Shown: one piece after another, positions 1 to 9,581 of the stretch
Layout of the letters: the number at the start of each line of letters is the position of its first letter
Position numbering within the stretch: position 1 is the first letter of the stretch
Assembly (NCBI GenBank): GCA_034432775.1
Contig: DAOUBH010000024.1
Coordinates: 15,982-79,981, forward strand
Source: Chloroflexota bacterium
Lineage (GTDB): Bacteria; Chloroflexota; Chloroflexia; DAOUBH01
Length of the DNA: 64,000 bases
Reading direction: 5' to 3'
The notes under the pieces: generated by a model
Told to the model about the DNA's origin: nothing
The model's input: the letters and a program-made list of their open reading frames with translations, nothing else
The model's database searches: none
Translations under genes and position numbers: made by a program

Positions 1-85
1 CAAGTACAGCTGGGACAGCATCGCTTCTAAGGTCGCAGCAGTATACCAACGTGTTGTCAGGGAACGTCAGCAGGTGATCTGGTAG
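1..85 (+). CDS. 3' fragment of an upstream gene (C-terminal 27 codons; possibly a glycosyltransferase C-terminus)
   Basis: An open frame runs from the window edge and translates to [27 protein letters not shown], ending at TAG 83-85. The sequence resembles GT4 C-termini. It is too short to be sure. Confidence 0.3.
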   Translation, partial: KYSWDSIASKVAAVYQRVVRERQQVIW

Positions 86-96
86 GGGGCGCAACC

Positions 97-2601
97 GTGA
101 AGGCTGTTGTAATGGCGGGGGGAGAGGGTTCGCGCCTGAGGCCACTGACCTTGCTCAGGCCAAAGCCTATGGTACCTATTGTGAACAAGCCTGTCATGGA
201 ACACATTTTGGACCTTCTCAAACGCCACGGAATTTTCGATGTCATAGTGACCCTTCAATATCTGGCGCCAGTAGTCCAGGACTACTTTGGCGATGGTTCG
301 GCCTTTGGTATGCGGATATCCTATGCGGTAGAGGACGTGCCCTTGGGAACGGCAGGTAGTGTCCGCAATGCTGCCCACCACCTTAACGAGACCTTCCTGG
401 TTATCAGCGGCGATGCCATCACTGACTTCGACCTGGATGCCATAATAGCCTTTCACCGACAGCGGCGGGCCTTGGCCACGCTTACCCTTTATCGAGTTCC
501 GAATCCCTTGGAATACGGCGTGATTATTGCGGATGATGACGGAAGGATCCGCCAGTTCTTGGAAAAGCCCAGTTGGAGCGAAGTTTTCTCTGACACGGTT
601 AACACGGGAATTTACGTTCTGGAACCCGAGATATTCAGTTTCTACGAAGCCAACAAGATGGTGGACTTCAGCAAGGACGTTTTCCCGTACCTCCTTAGGA
701 ACCAGCAGCCTCTCTACGGTTACATAGCTGATGGTTACTGGTGTGATGTAGGCAACCTTGGAGAGTATCTGAGGGCAAACTATGACATCCTAGAGGGCAA
801 GGTGCAAGTAGAACCTCTGGGGGTACGCCTGGCCGAAAATCTTTGGGCTGCCACGGGCGATGTGGAAATAGCTGAGGATGCCCAGTTCCATGGCCCGGTT
901 TGGCTAGGTGATGCCGTTCGTGTCCGCGAGGGAGCTATCGTCCATGGGCCAACGGTCATCCGGGACTCTTCAGTCGTGGGTGCAGGCGCTCATGTGAATC
1001 GCAGTGTGGTATGGCGAGGCGCTTACATTGGGGAACGCAGCCAGATCCGAGGTTCAGTTGTAGGCAAGCAGTGTGTTGTAAAGCCAAAGGCAAACATCTT
1101 CGAAGGTGCAGTGATTGGCGACAACACTGTGATCGGAGAAGGTGCCATAGTGCGGCCCAACGTCAAAATCTGGCCCAATAAAGTTATCGAAAATGGAGCT
1201 GTAGTGGCCAGCAGTGTAGTGTGGGGCACGCAGGTGCGGCGAACCCTGTTTGGTCGATACGGCGCATCGGGATTGGTCAATGTGGATCTGATACCAGAGT
1301 TTGCGACTAAGCTCGGGGTCGCTTATGGCGCAGCTTTGCCAAGAGGATCGGTGGTGACCATCAACAGGGACCCGCATCGAACGGCACGGATGGTAAAGCG
1401 GGCCATTATAAGCGGTATCCCGTCGGCCGGGGTACACGTTTGGGACCTGAAGACCGTACCCATCCCGGTGGCAAGATATGTTACACGGGTCAGCCCTGCC
1501 GTGGGCGGCGTGCACGTGAGGGTCTCGCCGTTCGATCCCAGAGTTATCGATATCAAATTCTTCGATCACCGGGGCCTCGACATTGACAGGGGGATGGAGC
1601 GGAAGATCGAGAATTCCTTCTTCCGTGAGGACTTTCGACGGGTCGATATAGATCAGATCGGAGCCATAGTGGACGCCCCCGGGCTTAGCCAGGAGTACAT
1701 CGATGGATATTTGAAGGCCGTTCGGCGGTCTGCTTTCACAGGGGCTAAAAGGGCCACAGTAGTGATAGATTACGCCGGTTCGATTATCTCCCAGGTTCTT
1801 CCGACCATATTAGGGAAGCTGCAGGGAAATCTGTCCGTGATTGCCCTAAATGCAGCCGTAAGCGAGGCTGCCCTGGTGCTCTCGCCCGAGGAACGCCTCG
1901 AAGCCCTTGCTATGCTGGCAAGTATCACCTCCGCTCTGAAGGCCGACCTTGGAGTGCGCTTCGACCCGGGAGGTGAGCGGCTCTTTGTGGCTGATGGCGC
2001 TGGCGGTATCCTGTCGGGTTGGACGGCACTGGCGGCGATTATGGTTCTACTGGCTTCCGCCGGACAGAGAGGCATCGTCGGGGTTCCCATAACCGCTCCC
2101 ACAATCTTTGAGCGTATTGCTAGGGATACGGGCATGCAGGTCATTCGGACAAAGGCATCGGCCCATGCCCTAATGACTGCGGCTACCAGGGAAGGTATGG
2201 TCCTGTTGGGAGACGAGGACGGGACCGTGATACTGCCCGAGTTCCAGGCGGCGGCCGATGGCCTTTTCGCTGTGGCCAAGATCCTGGAGCTGCTCCTACA
2301 ACAAGATGTGCGCTTGGCGGACGTGGCGAGGGAAATGCCCGATTACCATCTGGCATCGGTGGAGGTAGCTTGTCCCTTCGAGGACAAAGGACGTGTAATG
2401 CGCAGGCTATCCGAAAAGTACAGTGACCTGCCTACGGAACGGACGGACGGGCTGAAATTTCTTCTGGACGATGGCTGGGTGTTGGTACTGCCGGACCCAG
2501 ATCGACCCGTGCTTCGAGTGCTGGCAGAGGCCAGGGATGATCAGCGAGCCACCCAGCTTACGAGCCAGTTTGCTGATGCTATCAACAAGCTTCTGATTTG
2601 A
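97..2601 (+). CDS. Bifunctional sugar-1-phosphate nucleotidylyltransferase (N-terminal, with hexapeptide beta-helix) fused to a phosphoglucomutase/phosphomannomutase domain (C-terminal)
   Basis: GTG start at 97 preceded by RBS tagggggc. N-terminus [19 protein letters not shown] matches the G1P/M1P nucleotidyltransferase signature. Hexapeptide repeats occupy the middle. The C-terminal half ([13 protein letters not shown]...) resembles alpha-D-phosphohexomutase domains. 834 aa. Confidence 0.85.
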   Translation: MKAVVMAGGEGSRLRPLTLLRPKPMVPIVNKPVMEHILDLLKRHGIFDVIVTLQYLAPVVQDYFGDGSAFGMRISYAVEDVPLGTAGSVRNAAHHLNETFLVISGDAITDFDLDAIIAFHRQRRALATLTLYRVPNPLEYGVIIADDDGRIRQFLEKPSWSEVFSDTVNTGIYVLEPEIFSFYEANKMVDFSKDVFPYLLRNQQPLYGYIADGYWCDVGNLGEYLRANYDILEGKVQVEPLGVRLAENLWAATGDVEIAEDAQFHGPVWLGDAVRVREGAIVHGPTVIRDSSVVGAGAHVNRSVVWRGAYIGERSQIRGSVVGKQCVVKPKANIFEGAVIGDNTVIGEGAIVRPNVKIWPNKVIENGAVVASSVVWGTQVRRTLFGRYGASGLVNVDLIPEFATKLGVAYGAALPRGSVVTINRDPHRTARMVKRAIISGIPSAGVHVWDLKTVPIPVARYVTRVSPAVGGVHVRVSPFDPRVIDIKFFDHRGLDIDRGMERKIENSFFREDFRRVDIDQIGAIVDAPGLSQEYIDGYLKAVRRSAFTGAKRATVVIDYAGSIISQVLPTILGKLQGNLSVIALNAAVSEAALVLSPEERLEALAMLASITSALKADLGVRFDPGGERLFVADGAGGILSGWTALAAIMVLLASAGQRGIVGVPITAPTIFERIARDTGMQVIRTKASAHALMTAATREGMVLLGDEDGTVILPEFQAAADGLFAVAKILELLLQQDVRLADVAREMPDYHLASVEVACPFEDKGRVMRRLSEKYSDLPTERTDGLKFLLDDGWVLVLPDPDRPVLRVLAEARDDQRATQLTSQFADAINKLLI

Positions 2602-2633
2602 ATCTGAATCTTTAATTGCGGGAGGGGCTCACG

Positions 2634-4121
2634 TTGAAACGCACCCTAAAAATTTTGATTGTGGCAGCCGAAGCCGTTCCCTTTGCAAAAGTCGGAGGCA
2701 TGGCCGACGTAGTCGGGGCGCTTCCTATTGCCCTGAAGCGACTGGGGCACGACGTTCGTGTCGCCATCCCTAAATATGGGAAGATCAGCGAAAGCGAGTT
2801 TAATCTGTCAAAGGTCGTCGACCCAGTGGCTGTCCCCCTGGATAACCGTGAGGAGCCTGCCACGATTTACTTGGGATACATGCGGGAAGACATACCAGTT
2901 TACTTGGTAGCCAGTCACAAGTATTTTGGTCGGGAGGGCATATACGGTTATCCAGACGATGACGAACGGTTCGTCTTCTTCTGTAGGGCTGTTTTGGAGA
3001 TGTTAAAGCCCCTGGGGTGGGTTCCAGATGTCATCCACTTGAATGACTGGCATACGGCGATAATCGCCAATTGGCTGAAGACAATACTGTCTAACGATCC
3101 GGTATTTTCCCAAATAGCGACTCTCTACACTATCCATAATTTAGCCTACCAGGGTATATTTGGCTATCGTGTGCTGGAGATCGCTGGTCTGTCCCAGTAT
3201 GGGTTCATCTATCACAAAGACGTTAGGGACCTCGACAACGTAGTAGATCTGATGGCTCGAGGAATACTTTTTTCCGATGTCATCACGACCGTCAGCGAGC
3301 GATATGCCCAGGAGATCCTCACTCCGGAGTTCGGGGAGCGCCTCGATCCTTTGCTTAGAGATAGGAAAGATCGCCTCTTCGGCGTACTTAACGGGATCGA
3401 CGTGGAGGCCTTAAATCCAGCCACGGATCCGAACATTGCAGCCACGTACGATACATCTTCATTGGAGAGACGATCGGCTAACAAGTTGGCCCTTCAAAGA
3501 GAGTTCCAACTCGATGAGGATCTCCAACGGCCAGTGGTGGCTATGATCTCCAGGCTTGTCGACCAGAAGGGCCTCGACATTCTAGCCGAAGCCATACATC
3601 CAATGCTGAGGTATCTACCTGTGCAGTTCGTTCTGCTAGGGACGGGCGACCAACACTATCAAGAGTTATTCCGGGCATTGTCGAGCCAGTACCGCGGCCG
3701 AACCGGGGTTGCGTTGACCTTCAACGCTGCACTGGCACAATGCATATATGCGGGTTCGGATATGTTCATGATGCCATCAAGATTTGAACCTTGCGGTCTG
3801 GGCCAGATGATCGCCATGAGGTACGGATCGATACCCATAGTCCGGAGGACAGGAGGACTGGCGGACACAGTAGAAGACTACGACCCTGCTACGGGAGCAG
3901 GCACAGGCTTTGTGTTTGACGATTACAACCCCTGGGCCCTCTTTGCGGCTGTCGTCAGGGCCGTGGAGAACTACCGGGTGCCCGAACGGTGGCGTGGGGT
4001 AATGTTGAACGCCATGGTTAAGGACTTCTCATGGGAGCGTTCGGCGCGTCGTTATGTGGAGCTGTACGAGCTGGCTATCGACTTCAATTTGAAGGATAAA
4101 AACATTGCAGCAGCCACCTAA
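2634..4121 (+). CDS. glgA: Glycogen/starch synthase (GT5, ADP-glucose type)
   Basis: KILIVAAEAVPFAKVGGMADVVGALP matches the GlgA KxGG motif and N-terminus. TTG start at 2634 sits 6 nt after RBS GGGAGGGG (the ORF track starts at 2616). Confidence 0.9.
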   Translation: MKRTLKILIVAAEAVPFAKVGGMADVVGALPIALKRLGHDVRVAIPKYGKISESEFNLSKVVDPVAVPLDNREEPATIYLGYMREDIPVYLVASHKYFGREGIYGYPDDDERFVFFCRAVLEMLKPLGWVPDVIHLNDWHTAIIANWLKTILSNDPVFSQIATLYTIHNLAYQGIFGYRVLEIAGLSQYGFIYHKDVRDLDNVVDLMARGILFSDVITTVSERYAQEILTPEFGERLDPLLRDRKDRLFGVLNGIDVEALNPATDPNIAATYDTSSLERRSANKLALQREFQLDEDLQRPVVAMISRLVDQKGLDILAEAIHPMLRYLPVQFVLLGTGDQHYQELFRALSSQYRGRTGVALTFNAALAQCIYAGSDMFMMPSRFEPCGLGQMIAMRYGSIPIVRRTGGLADTVEDYDPATGAGTGFVFDDYNPWALFAAVVRAVENYRVPERWRGVMLNAMVKDFSWERSARRYVELYELAIDFNLKDKNIAAAT

Positions 4122-5193
4122 AGACCAAGACATCTTGGACCTTCCGGCTCTCGTCACACAGTTGCCGGAAAATGTTCGCAAGAAGTTCGATCGCATTTTC
4201 GACGTCTCTGTGGCCGAGGGTAGTCTTGTGCCACCTCCAGAAATGGTGCCATGGATCGAGAGGCAGTTCGGCTCCTTGGATTTTGTGACCCGCCAGCGCA
4301 TTGTGAAGGTGACCAACAAGGTGGTATGGGAGGGGACACTCTACAATGATTTAAGGTCCAGACGGCCCGTGCAGGTTACGGTCGACGGCGATTTAAGGGC
4401 TTCCATCGAGGAGACCACCGGAGATCCCTTCTGCGCCCCCCATATTGGAACGCCCGCCGATGTATTCGGCAGGGTAAGTGGGCGTTTCAGTGTTTCGGCG
4501 AGCAACGTCGCCAAATACGATGGGTACCATGGGGTCATCGTCTTCGACGAGCACGATCCACTTAAACTCTCAGAGGAACGGGTGCTGGATTATGTTGACA
4601 CGGCCCTCGCCTGGGTCCGGCAGGTACTGCGCGTAGATCCGGAGGCCAAGTATATCTTCATCATGTGGAACTGCCTGTGGAAGAGCGGTGCGTCTATCGT
4701 CCACGGCCACATCCAAGTCACAGCTACTAAGGGCAGGCATTACGCGAAGGTAGAATGGCTGAGGGAAAGCAGCGCCCGCTATCGTGACCTTCATGGATCC
4801 AGCTATTTCGACGATCTCTTTGAAGTGCACCGCGAACTGGGTATCGGCTGGGGTTGGGAAGGGGCGAAGGTCTTTGCCTACCTCGCTCCCATAAAAGAGA
4901 AGGAAGTCTTCCTGTTGGCCCCGGCCTTGGACGTGAGGCTCAAGCGTGCCTTGTGGCGTGTACTCAGCGGTTACTTGAATCTGGGTGTCTCGAGCTTCAA
5001 CGTGGCAATATATATGCCCCCGGCAGGCCCCACGGAGGAAGACTGGTCGCATTTTCCTGTTGTAATCAGAGTCGTGGACCGGGGTGATCCGCGGAATCGT
5101 ACTGCCGATGTGGGCGCCATGGAGCTTTATGCCTCTTCCGTGGTTAGCAGTGATCCCTTCTTCCTGGCCCGCAACCTTCGGGCTTGCTTTTAG
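4105..5193 (+). CDS. GalT-like / HIT-superfamily nucleotidyltransferase or phosphorylase (DUF4921/4931-like)
   Basis: A histidine triad-like IVHGHIQV motif lies in the C-terminal half. 362 aa. Embedded between glgA and the GH57 gene. Overlaps the glgA end by 17 nt. Confidence 0.55.
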   Translation: MQQPPKDQDILDLPALVTQLPENVRKKFDRIFDVSVAEGSLVPPPEMVPWIERQFGSLDFVTRQRIVKVTNKVVWEGTLYNDLRSRRPVQVTVDGDLRASIEETTGDPFCAPHIGTPADVFGRVSGRFSVSASNVAKYDGYHGVIVFDEHDPLKLSEERVLDYVDTALAWVRQVLRVDPEAKYIFIMWNCLWKSGASIVHGHIQVTATKGRHYAKVEWLRESSARYRDLHGSSYFDDLFEVHRELGIGWGWEGAKVFAYLAPIKEKEVFLLAPALDVRLKRALWRVLSGYLNLGVSSFNVAIYMPPAGPTEEDWSHFPVVIRVVDRGDPRNRTADVGAMELYASSVVSSDPFFLARNLRACF

Positions 5194-5196
5194 GCC

Positions 5197-6603
5197 GTGG
5201 GCAAGGCTTATCTCGTAATACACGGTCACTTTTACCAGCCCAATCGTATCGATCCCTTCACTGGAGATGACTACACGGAGCCCGAAGCTGCTCCCTTCAA
5301 AAACTTCAACGAGCTGGTCACTTACCAGTGCTATGGGCCAAATGCCGAACTGAACAACTTTCAACGGATGAGCTTCGACCTGGGGCCAACGTTGGCTCAA
5401 TGGCTGGAACTTCGCCACCCTGATGTCCTAAACAAGATAGTGGAAGCGGACCGTTCTGTGGTCCAACGCTTTGGCTACGGAAACGCGATGGCAGCCCCCT
5501 TTGGGCACGCGATCCTTCCGCTGATTTCCAAGGCCGACAAGCGTCTTCACGTTCGATGGGGCATCCTGGATTTCCATGCCCGTTTCGGCCGAGCTCCTGA
5601 CGGAATGTGGCTCCCGGAGACAGCTGTCGATTTGGAAACGCTGGAGGTATTGGCTGAGGAGGGTATCCGGTTTACACTCTTGGCAGCGTGGCAGCTGCGG
5701 GCCAAACCCGACGTTCCCACTGGTCCCGTGGCGGTACGTCTACCCTCGGGCCGGTTTTTGCACTGTTTTTGCTTCGATCCGCAACTCTCGAAGCATCTCT
5801 CCTTCAATCCCAGGGTCTCGGAAAGTGCCCCCGCCTTCGCGTCCCTGGCCTTACCCATGCGCTTGGATTGGAAGTTGGAGATATCCGGCAACGATCAGCT
5901 GGTTTTGATAGCTACAGATGGGGAGCTTTACGGGCATCACCAGAAATTTAGGGACCTCTTCTTGGCGGACCTCCTGAATCACAGGGCCGAGGAGGCGGGT
6001 TTCACTGTCAGCCCGCTGTCGCTGGTGCACAGGCTGCTTCCGGTACAGGCAGAGGTCGAAATAGAGGAGATGAGTTCTTGGAGCTGCTTCCATCGATTGG
6101 GTCGGTGGACGGGAGGCTGTCCTTGCTCCCCGGGCCACGGGTGGAAGGGACCCTTCAGACTTGCTATGGAGAGTCTATGGCACCAGGTGCGTGAGGTCTT
6201 CCGGAACGAGGTGGGCCGGCTCATCTTAGATCCTGAAAACCTGTTGCTCCAGTATCCTACTGTAAGGGGCCGTCCTAACAGCTTCGCAAGCCTGGCAGCA
6301 AGTTTGGCCAAAGGCTCCCTGTCCCAATCGCAGCTCGATCTGTTGGAGCGTCTGTGCGAAGCTATGTATTACCGTGCCCTTAGCCAAGGCAGCGATGCTC
6401 TCTTCTTCGATGAGTTATCTAGGCTCGAACCTAGGTATGCCCTTGCAGCAGCGAAGCGGGCCCTGCGATTGGTTGGTGAGATGGTGCCTGGGCTGGAGGA
6501 CGATTTCATAAAGCGGCTCTCCGGAGCCACGAGCATCACCACCGGTGCTAAGGCTGTCGACATTTATGTGTCGCTGGGTCCTGAAGGGGGTGATGAAACT
6601 TAA
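5197..6603 (+). CDS. Glycoside hydrolase family 57 protein (putative alpha-1,4-glucan branching enzyme/amylase)
   Basis: The N-terminal HGHFYQPNR motif is the GH57 hallmark. 468 aa. GTG start. Confidence 0.85.
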   Translation: MGKAYLVIHGHFYQPNRIDPFTGDDYTEPEAAPFKNFNELVTYQCYGPNAELNNFQRMSFDLGPTLAQWLELRHPDVLNKIVEADRSVVQRFGYGNAMAAPFGHAILPLISKADKRLHVRWGILDFHARFGRAPDGMWLPETAVDLETLEVLAEEGIRFTLLAAWQLRAKPDVPTGPVAVRLPSGRFLHCFCFDPQLSKHLSFNPRVSESAPAFASLALPMRLDWKLEISGNDQLVLIATDGELYGHHQKFRDLFLADLLNHRAEEAGFTVSPLSLVHRLLPVQAEVEIEEMSSWSCFHRLGRWTGGCPCSPGHGWKGPFRLAMESLWHQVREVFRNEVGRLILDPENLLLQYPTVRGRPNSFASLAASLAKGSLSQSQLDLLERLCEAMYYRALSQGSDALFFDELSRLEPRYALAAAKRALRLVGEMVPGLEDDFIKRLSGATSITTGAKAVDIYVSLGPEGGDET

Positions 6604-7228
6604 GGGAAGCTTCGATGCTGTGATACTGGCCGGAGGCTTCAGCACGCGGATGGGCACCGATAAAGCTGGCCTTTCGCTGTTTGCGGGGGGACCAACACTT
6701 ATCGAGTGGCTGGCCTTCCGGCTCTCCCGGGTGGCCTCGAGTGTCATTGTGGTCAGCAGCAGGCCCGAAACGCCTGTTCCACCGAGGGCCCGAGTTGTGC
6801 CCGATGCAGTGCCTGGGGTAGGTGCCTTGGGCGGAATCTACTCGGGCCTGTTGGCTTCGGCCACAGGTAGGGCTTTCATAGTGGCCACCGATATGCCGTT
6901 GGTGAACCTAAGGGTAGTTCTCTACATGGCGAAAGCCTTAGACGATTTCGATGCGTTGGTGCCGTTTTCAGGGGACCGCGCTGAACCCTTGCACGCCTTT
7001 TACCGAGCCACATGCCTACCGGCGATCGAGCGGGCTATAGCTCGAGGCGATCGGCGCATCATCAGCTTCTTCCCCGAGGTGAGGGTCGCTCATCCGGACA
7101 CCCGGACGTTGAGGCGACTCGATCCCCACGCGAGATCGTTTCTCAATGTAAACACACCTGAGGAATGGCAGTCAGTGAGAGCTATGGTTCGCCGACTAGC
7201 TCGTCGCTACTGGCGGCCAACACTTTGA
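6593..7228 (+). CDS. mobA: MobA-like NTP-transferase domain protein (molybdenum cofactor guanylyltransferase-like)
   Basis: AVILAGGFSTRMGTDKAGL matches the MobA/NTP_transf_3 signature. The likely start is ATG 6593, 11 nt inside the end of the GH57 gene. Confidence 0.7.
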   Translation: MKLKGSFDAVILAGGFSTRMGTDKAGLSLFAGGPTLIEWLAFRLSRVASSVIVVSSRPETPVPPRARVVPDAVPGVGALGGIYSGLLASATGRAFIVATDMPLVNLRVVLYMAKALDDFDALVPFSGDRAEPLHAFYRATCLPAIERAIARGDRRIISFFPEVRVAHPDTRTLRRLDPHARSFLNVNTPEEWQSVRAMVRRLARRYWRPTL

Positions 7229-7929
7229 CCAGCTGGTCGCCAGAGGATAGCCATCCGTTCGCCCACCACCTCGTAGTTCATCAGGAAGCCAAAGAATATT
7301 AAATCGATGCCCAGGAACTGTGAGAGGTAGAACGGTGCTGGAACCCCAAACCGCAACAGGGTGCTCCCCGAGGCTGACACCAAGCCCCCGACGGCTATGA
7401 GGACGTTCGATGCTACCCTGTGAGGATGAGAATGCCGGATAGCGAATATGGCGGCACTGTAGATGGCACCACCGACGAGACCCAAAGTGCCGAAAATGTT
7501 GAAGATTGGCGTGAGTATCCTTACATCTCCTGGGAAACCAACTCCAGAAATTTCCCCCTCCCGCACCACGCTGGCAACGGCTTGGAAATCTACAGGAGAT
7601 GTGAAGGTTCTGTACGCCGCATAAAGGGACGCAAGGAGTAACGCCGCAAAGATATAGTGAGCGGTACGCCGTGGAAAGAGCAGGTAAATGGTACCCATGC
7701 CCAGATATGCGGCCACGTAGAAGGCGCCTGACAGGTACCAGATGCGGTATACAGCCTCGCTCCAAAGGGGTGTAGATGCTAGGTACTGACAAAGGGCCCC
7801 GACCCCGTAAAAAAGTAAGCCCATTGACCACACCAGTTGGTGCATCCTTTTTCGTCGTAGAAACTGGCTAATTACAAGTACGGAGAACAGAAAGCTTATT
7901 GTGGCTGTCAGGCCTGAGAGGAGCGCCAT
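7207..7929 (-). CDS. Integral membrane protein of unknown function
   Basis: 240 aa with multiple hydrophobic helices. GAGGAGG RBS lies upstream. Last gene of the DUF218-HIT-NUDIX operon. Confidence 0.5.
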   Translation of the reverse strand: MALLSGLTATISFLFSVLVISQFLRRKRMHQLVWSMGLLFYGVGALCQYLASTPLWSEAVYRIWYLSGAFYVAAYLGMGTIYLLFPRRTAHYIFAALLLASLYAAYRTFTSPVDFQAVASVVREGEISGVGFPGDVRILTPIFNIFGTLGLVGGAIYSAAIFAIRHSHPHRVASNVLIAVGGLVSASGSTLLRFGVPAPFYLSQFLGIDLIFFGFLMNYEVVGERMAILWRPAGQSVGRQ

Positions 7930-7932
7930 GTT

Positions 7933-8343
7933 CTAATCCTCCTCGGAATTGCTGCCAGGGACTATTCGGTCCTTTAAGATAACCAGGGCTTTCTGTAGTA
8001 ACAGACGGTGGTTTTCTATATTCAGCTTGGTGAGAGCTTCCTCGGGGGTCATTAAGACAGCATCCTTCCCGTCGTGTTCTGGCCACTGCGGGCCAGGTCT
8101 TGCAGTCATGGTAAAGTAGCTCACTTGGAAATCATCGCTGCCCATGGAGTAAAAATCTTCCCCTACAGGATATGGTTCGGAACCCAGCAGACCTGTTTCC
8201 TCCTCAAGCTCACGCAGGGCGGCGCTCTCAGCCGCCTCGCCGTCCTCGATATGTCCTTTAGGGAAGATCCATTCGCCCTTTGGGGTGCGTCGCACGGCGA
8301 CGAGACCGTTCACAAAGGCTATGGCGCCTGCCTCACGGTGCAC
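7933..8343 (-). CDS. NUDIX hydrolase
   Basis: Nudix box GHIEDGEAAESAALRELEEETGL. Confidence 0.8.
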   Translation of the reverse strand: MHREAGAIAFVNGLVAVRRTPKGEWIFPKGHIEDGEAAESAALRELEEETGLLGSEPYPVGEDFYSMGSDDFQVSYFTMTARPGPQWPEHDGKDAVLMTPEEALTKLNIENHRLLLQKALVILKDRIVPGSNSEED

Positions 8344-8857
8344 TTTCCTCCCCCGACGCTAGGATCGTCACTAGGCCTGCCTTGAGTTTGGAATAGGTTG
8401 TGTTTAGAAGTTCAGGCATCACATGCACGTCGGCAAGGACAGGCATGAAATTTGTGTCTCCCATCCATCGTGGGACCACGTGCATATGCACGTGATCGGC
8501 AATTCCAGCACCGGCCACTCGTCCGATGTTTATCCCGATGTTGAAGCCGTCGGGCTGCATGACGTGTCGCAGAAGCCTCTCTGAAAGGCGCACTAATTTT
8601 ATCATCTCAGTGAGTACATCATCCGTAAGGTCCAGCAGATCCGGCACGTGTCGGTATGGAACGATCATGAGGTGACCGTTGTTATAGGGGTACAGGTTCA
8701 TTATGATGTAGCACTCGCCGCCCCGGTACAATATCAGATTGTCTGTGTCGCTGTTCTCCGTAGGTTTTTCGCATAATATGCAGCTTGCTCCCTCCATCTT
8801 TGAGCTCTCTATGTACTGCATGCGCCATGGGGACCAGATTCTGTCCATCGGGCTCAT
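8333..8857 (-). CDS. HIT-family protein (histidine triad nucleotide-binding/ hydrolase or phosphorylase)
   Basis: HVHMHVVPRW matches the HxHxHxx histidine triad. 174 aa. Confidence 0.75.
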   Translation of the reverse strand: MSPMDRIWSPWRMQYIESSKMEGASCILCEKPTENSDTDNLILYRGGECYIIMNLYPYNNGHLMIVPYRHVPDLLDLTDDVLTEMIKLVRLSERLLRHVMQPDGFNIGINIGRVAGAGIADHVHMHVVPRWMGDTNFMPVLADVHVMPELLNTTYSKLKAGLVTILASGEESAP

Positions 8858-9498
8858 GGCTCCTTTAGTAGATTGGTTAGGCTCCCTGATACCACCGCAC
8901 CTGCCTCACGTGCTGCCAGATAACTGACGGCGGCGGTCTCTCTCAAGATGTGGTAAATGCGCCCCCCGGTAGAATAATACCAGTCGTCGGCTGCAGCGGC
9001 TGAGGCGCGGAATCCTTCTCGTCGAAAGAGCCAAACGCTTCGTGTCAGGTGATACCCATCGCTCACCACAATCACATCTCTCCATCCACGCTGCTTGAGA
9101 AGCTCTCCCACGAAACGGGCGGACTCCTCGGTGCTGGTAGCCATGGGCTCCTCAATGATAGCAGAACGCGGAATCCCCAGGCTTTCAAGGATCGATGCCG
9201 CCACGCTAGCTTCGGCGGGCAGCGAGCCTGTCTTACCTCCAGAGGTGATAATGTGACTTGCGTATCCTGTCCTGTAGAGCTCAGCAGCCTTTTCCGCTCG
9301 GCCTCGCAGCGCTGGCGATGGCCGTCCCCCTGGCCATACTGCGGCACCCAGCACAACAATCGCGTCGGAAGTCCGTGGCAGGTAACGTTGTGAGCCGGTG
9401 GCCACGGTCCCGATGAGGAACGTGAAGACTGCCACAACGCCCAGAAGGCTCCACGCTATCACTTTGCCTATCGGCAGTAGTGCGTGGTTTACGGACAT
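8854..9498 (-). CDS. DUF218 (YdcF/ElyC-like) domain protein with N-terminal TM helix
   Basis: IVVLGAAVWPGG...SHIITSGG...EESARF...VIVVSDGYHLTRS is typical of DUF218. Confidence 0.7.
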   Translation of the reverse strand: MSVNHALLPIGKVIAWSLLGVVAVFTFLIGTVATGSQRYLPRTSDAIVVLGAAVWPGGRPSPALRGRAEKAAELYRTGYASHIITSGGKTGSLPAEASVAASILESLGIPRSAIIEEPMATSTEESARFVGELLKQRGWRDVIVVSDGYHLTRSVWLFRREGFRASAAAADDWYYSTGGRIYHILRETAAVSYLAAREAGAVVSGSLTNLLKEP

Positions 9499-9581
9499 AC
9501 GCTCAAAGATTATATCCCTCCGCGCAAGCGGCTGCTGGCATAACTTATAATTGCAGACAGGTTAAGTAAGGAGGACCAGGT

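Noticed and set aside
1054-1569. 171-aa minus-strand ORF inside gene 1
   Set aside because: Antisense to the well-supported hexapeptide-repeat region of the nucleotidyltransferase. No motifs.
4570-5418. 282-aa minus-strand ORF spanning GalT-like/GH57 junction
   Set aside because: It is antisense to two genes that carry strong family motifs (HGHIQV, HGHFYQP) and has no motif of its own. High-GC artefact.
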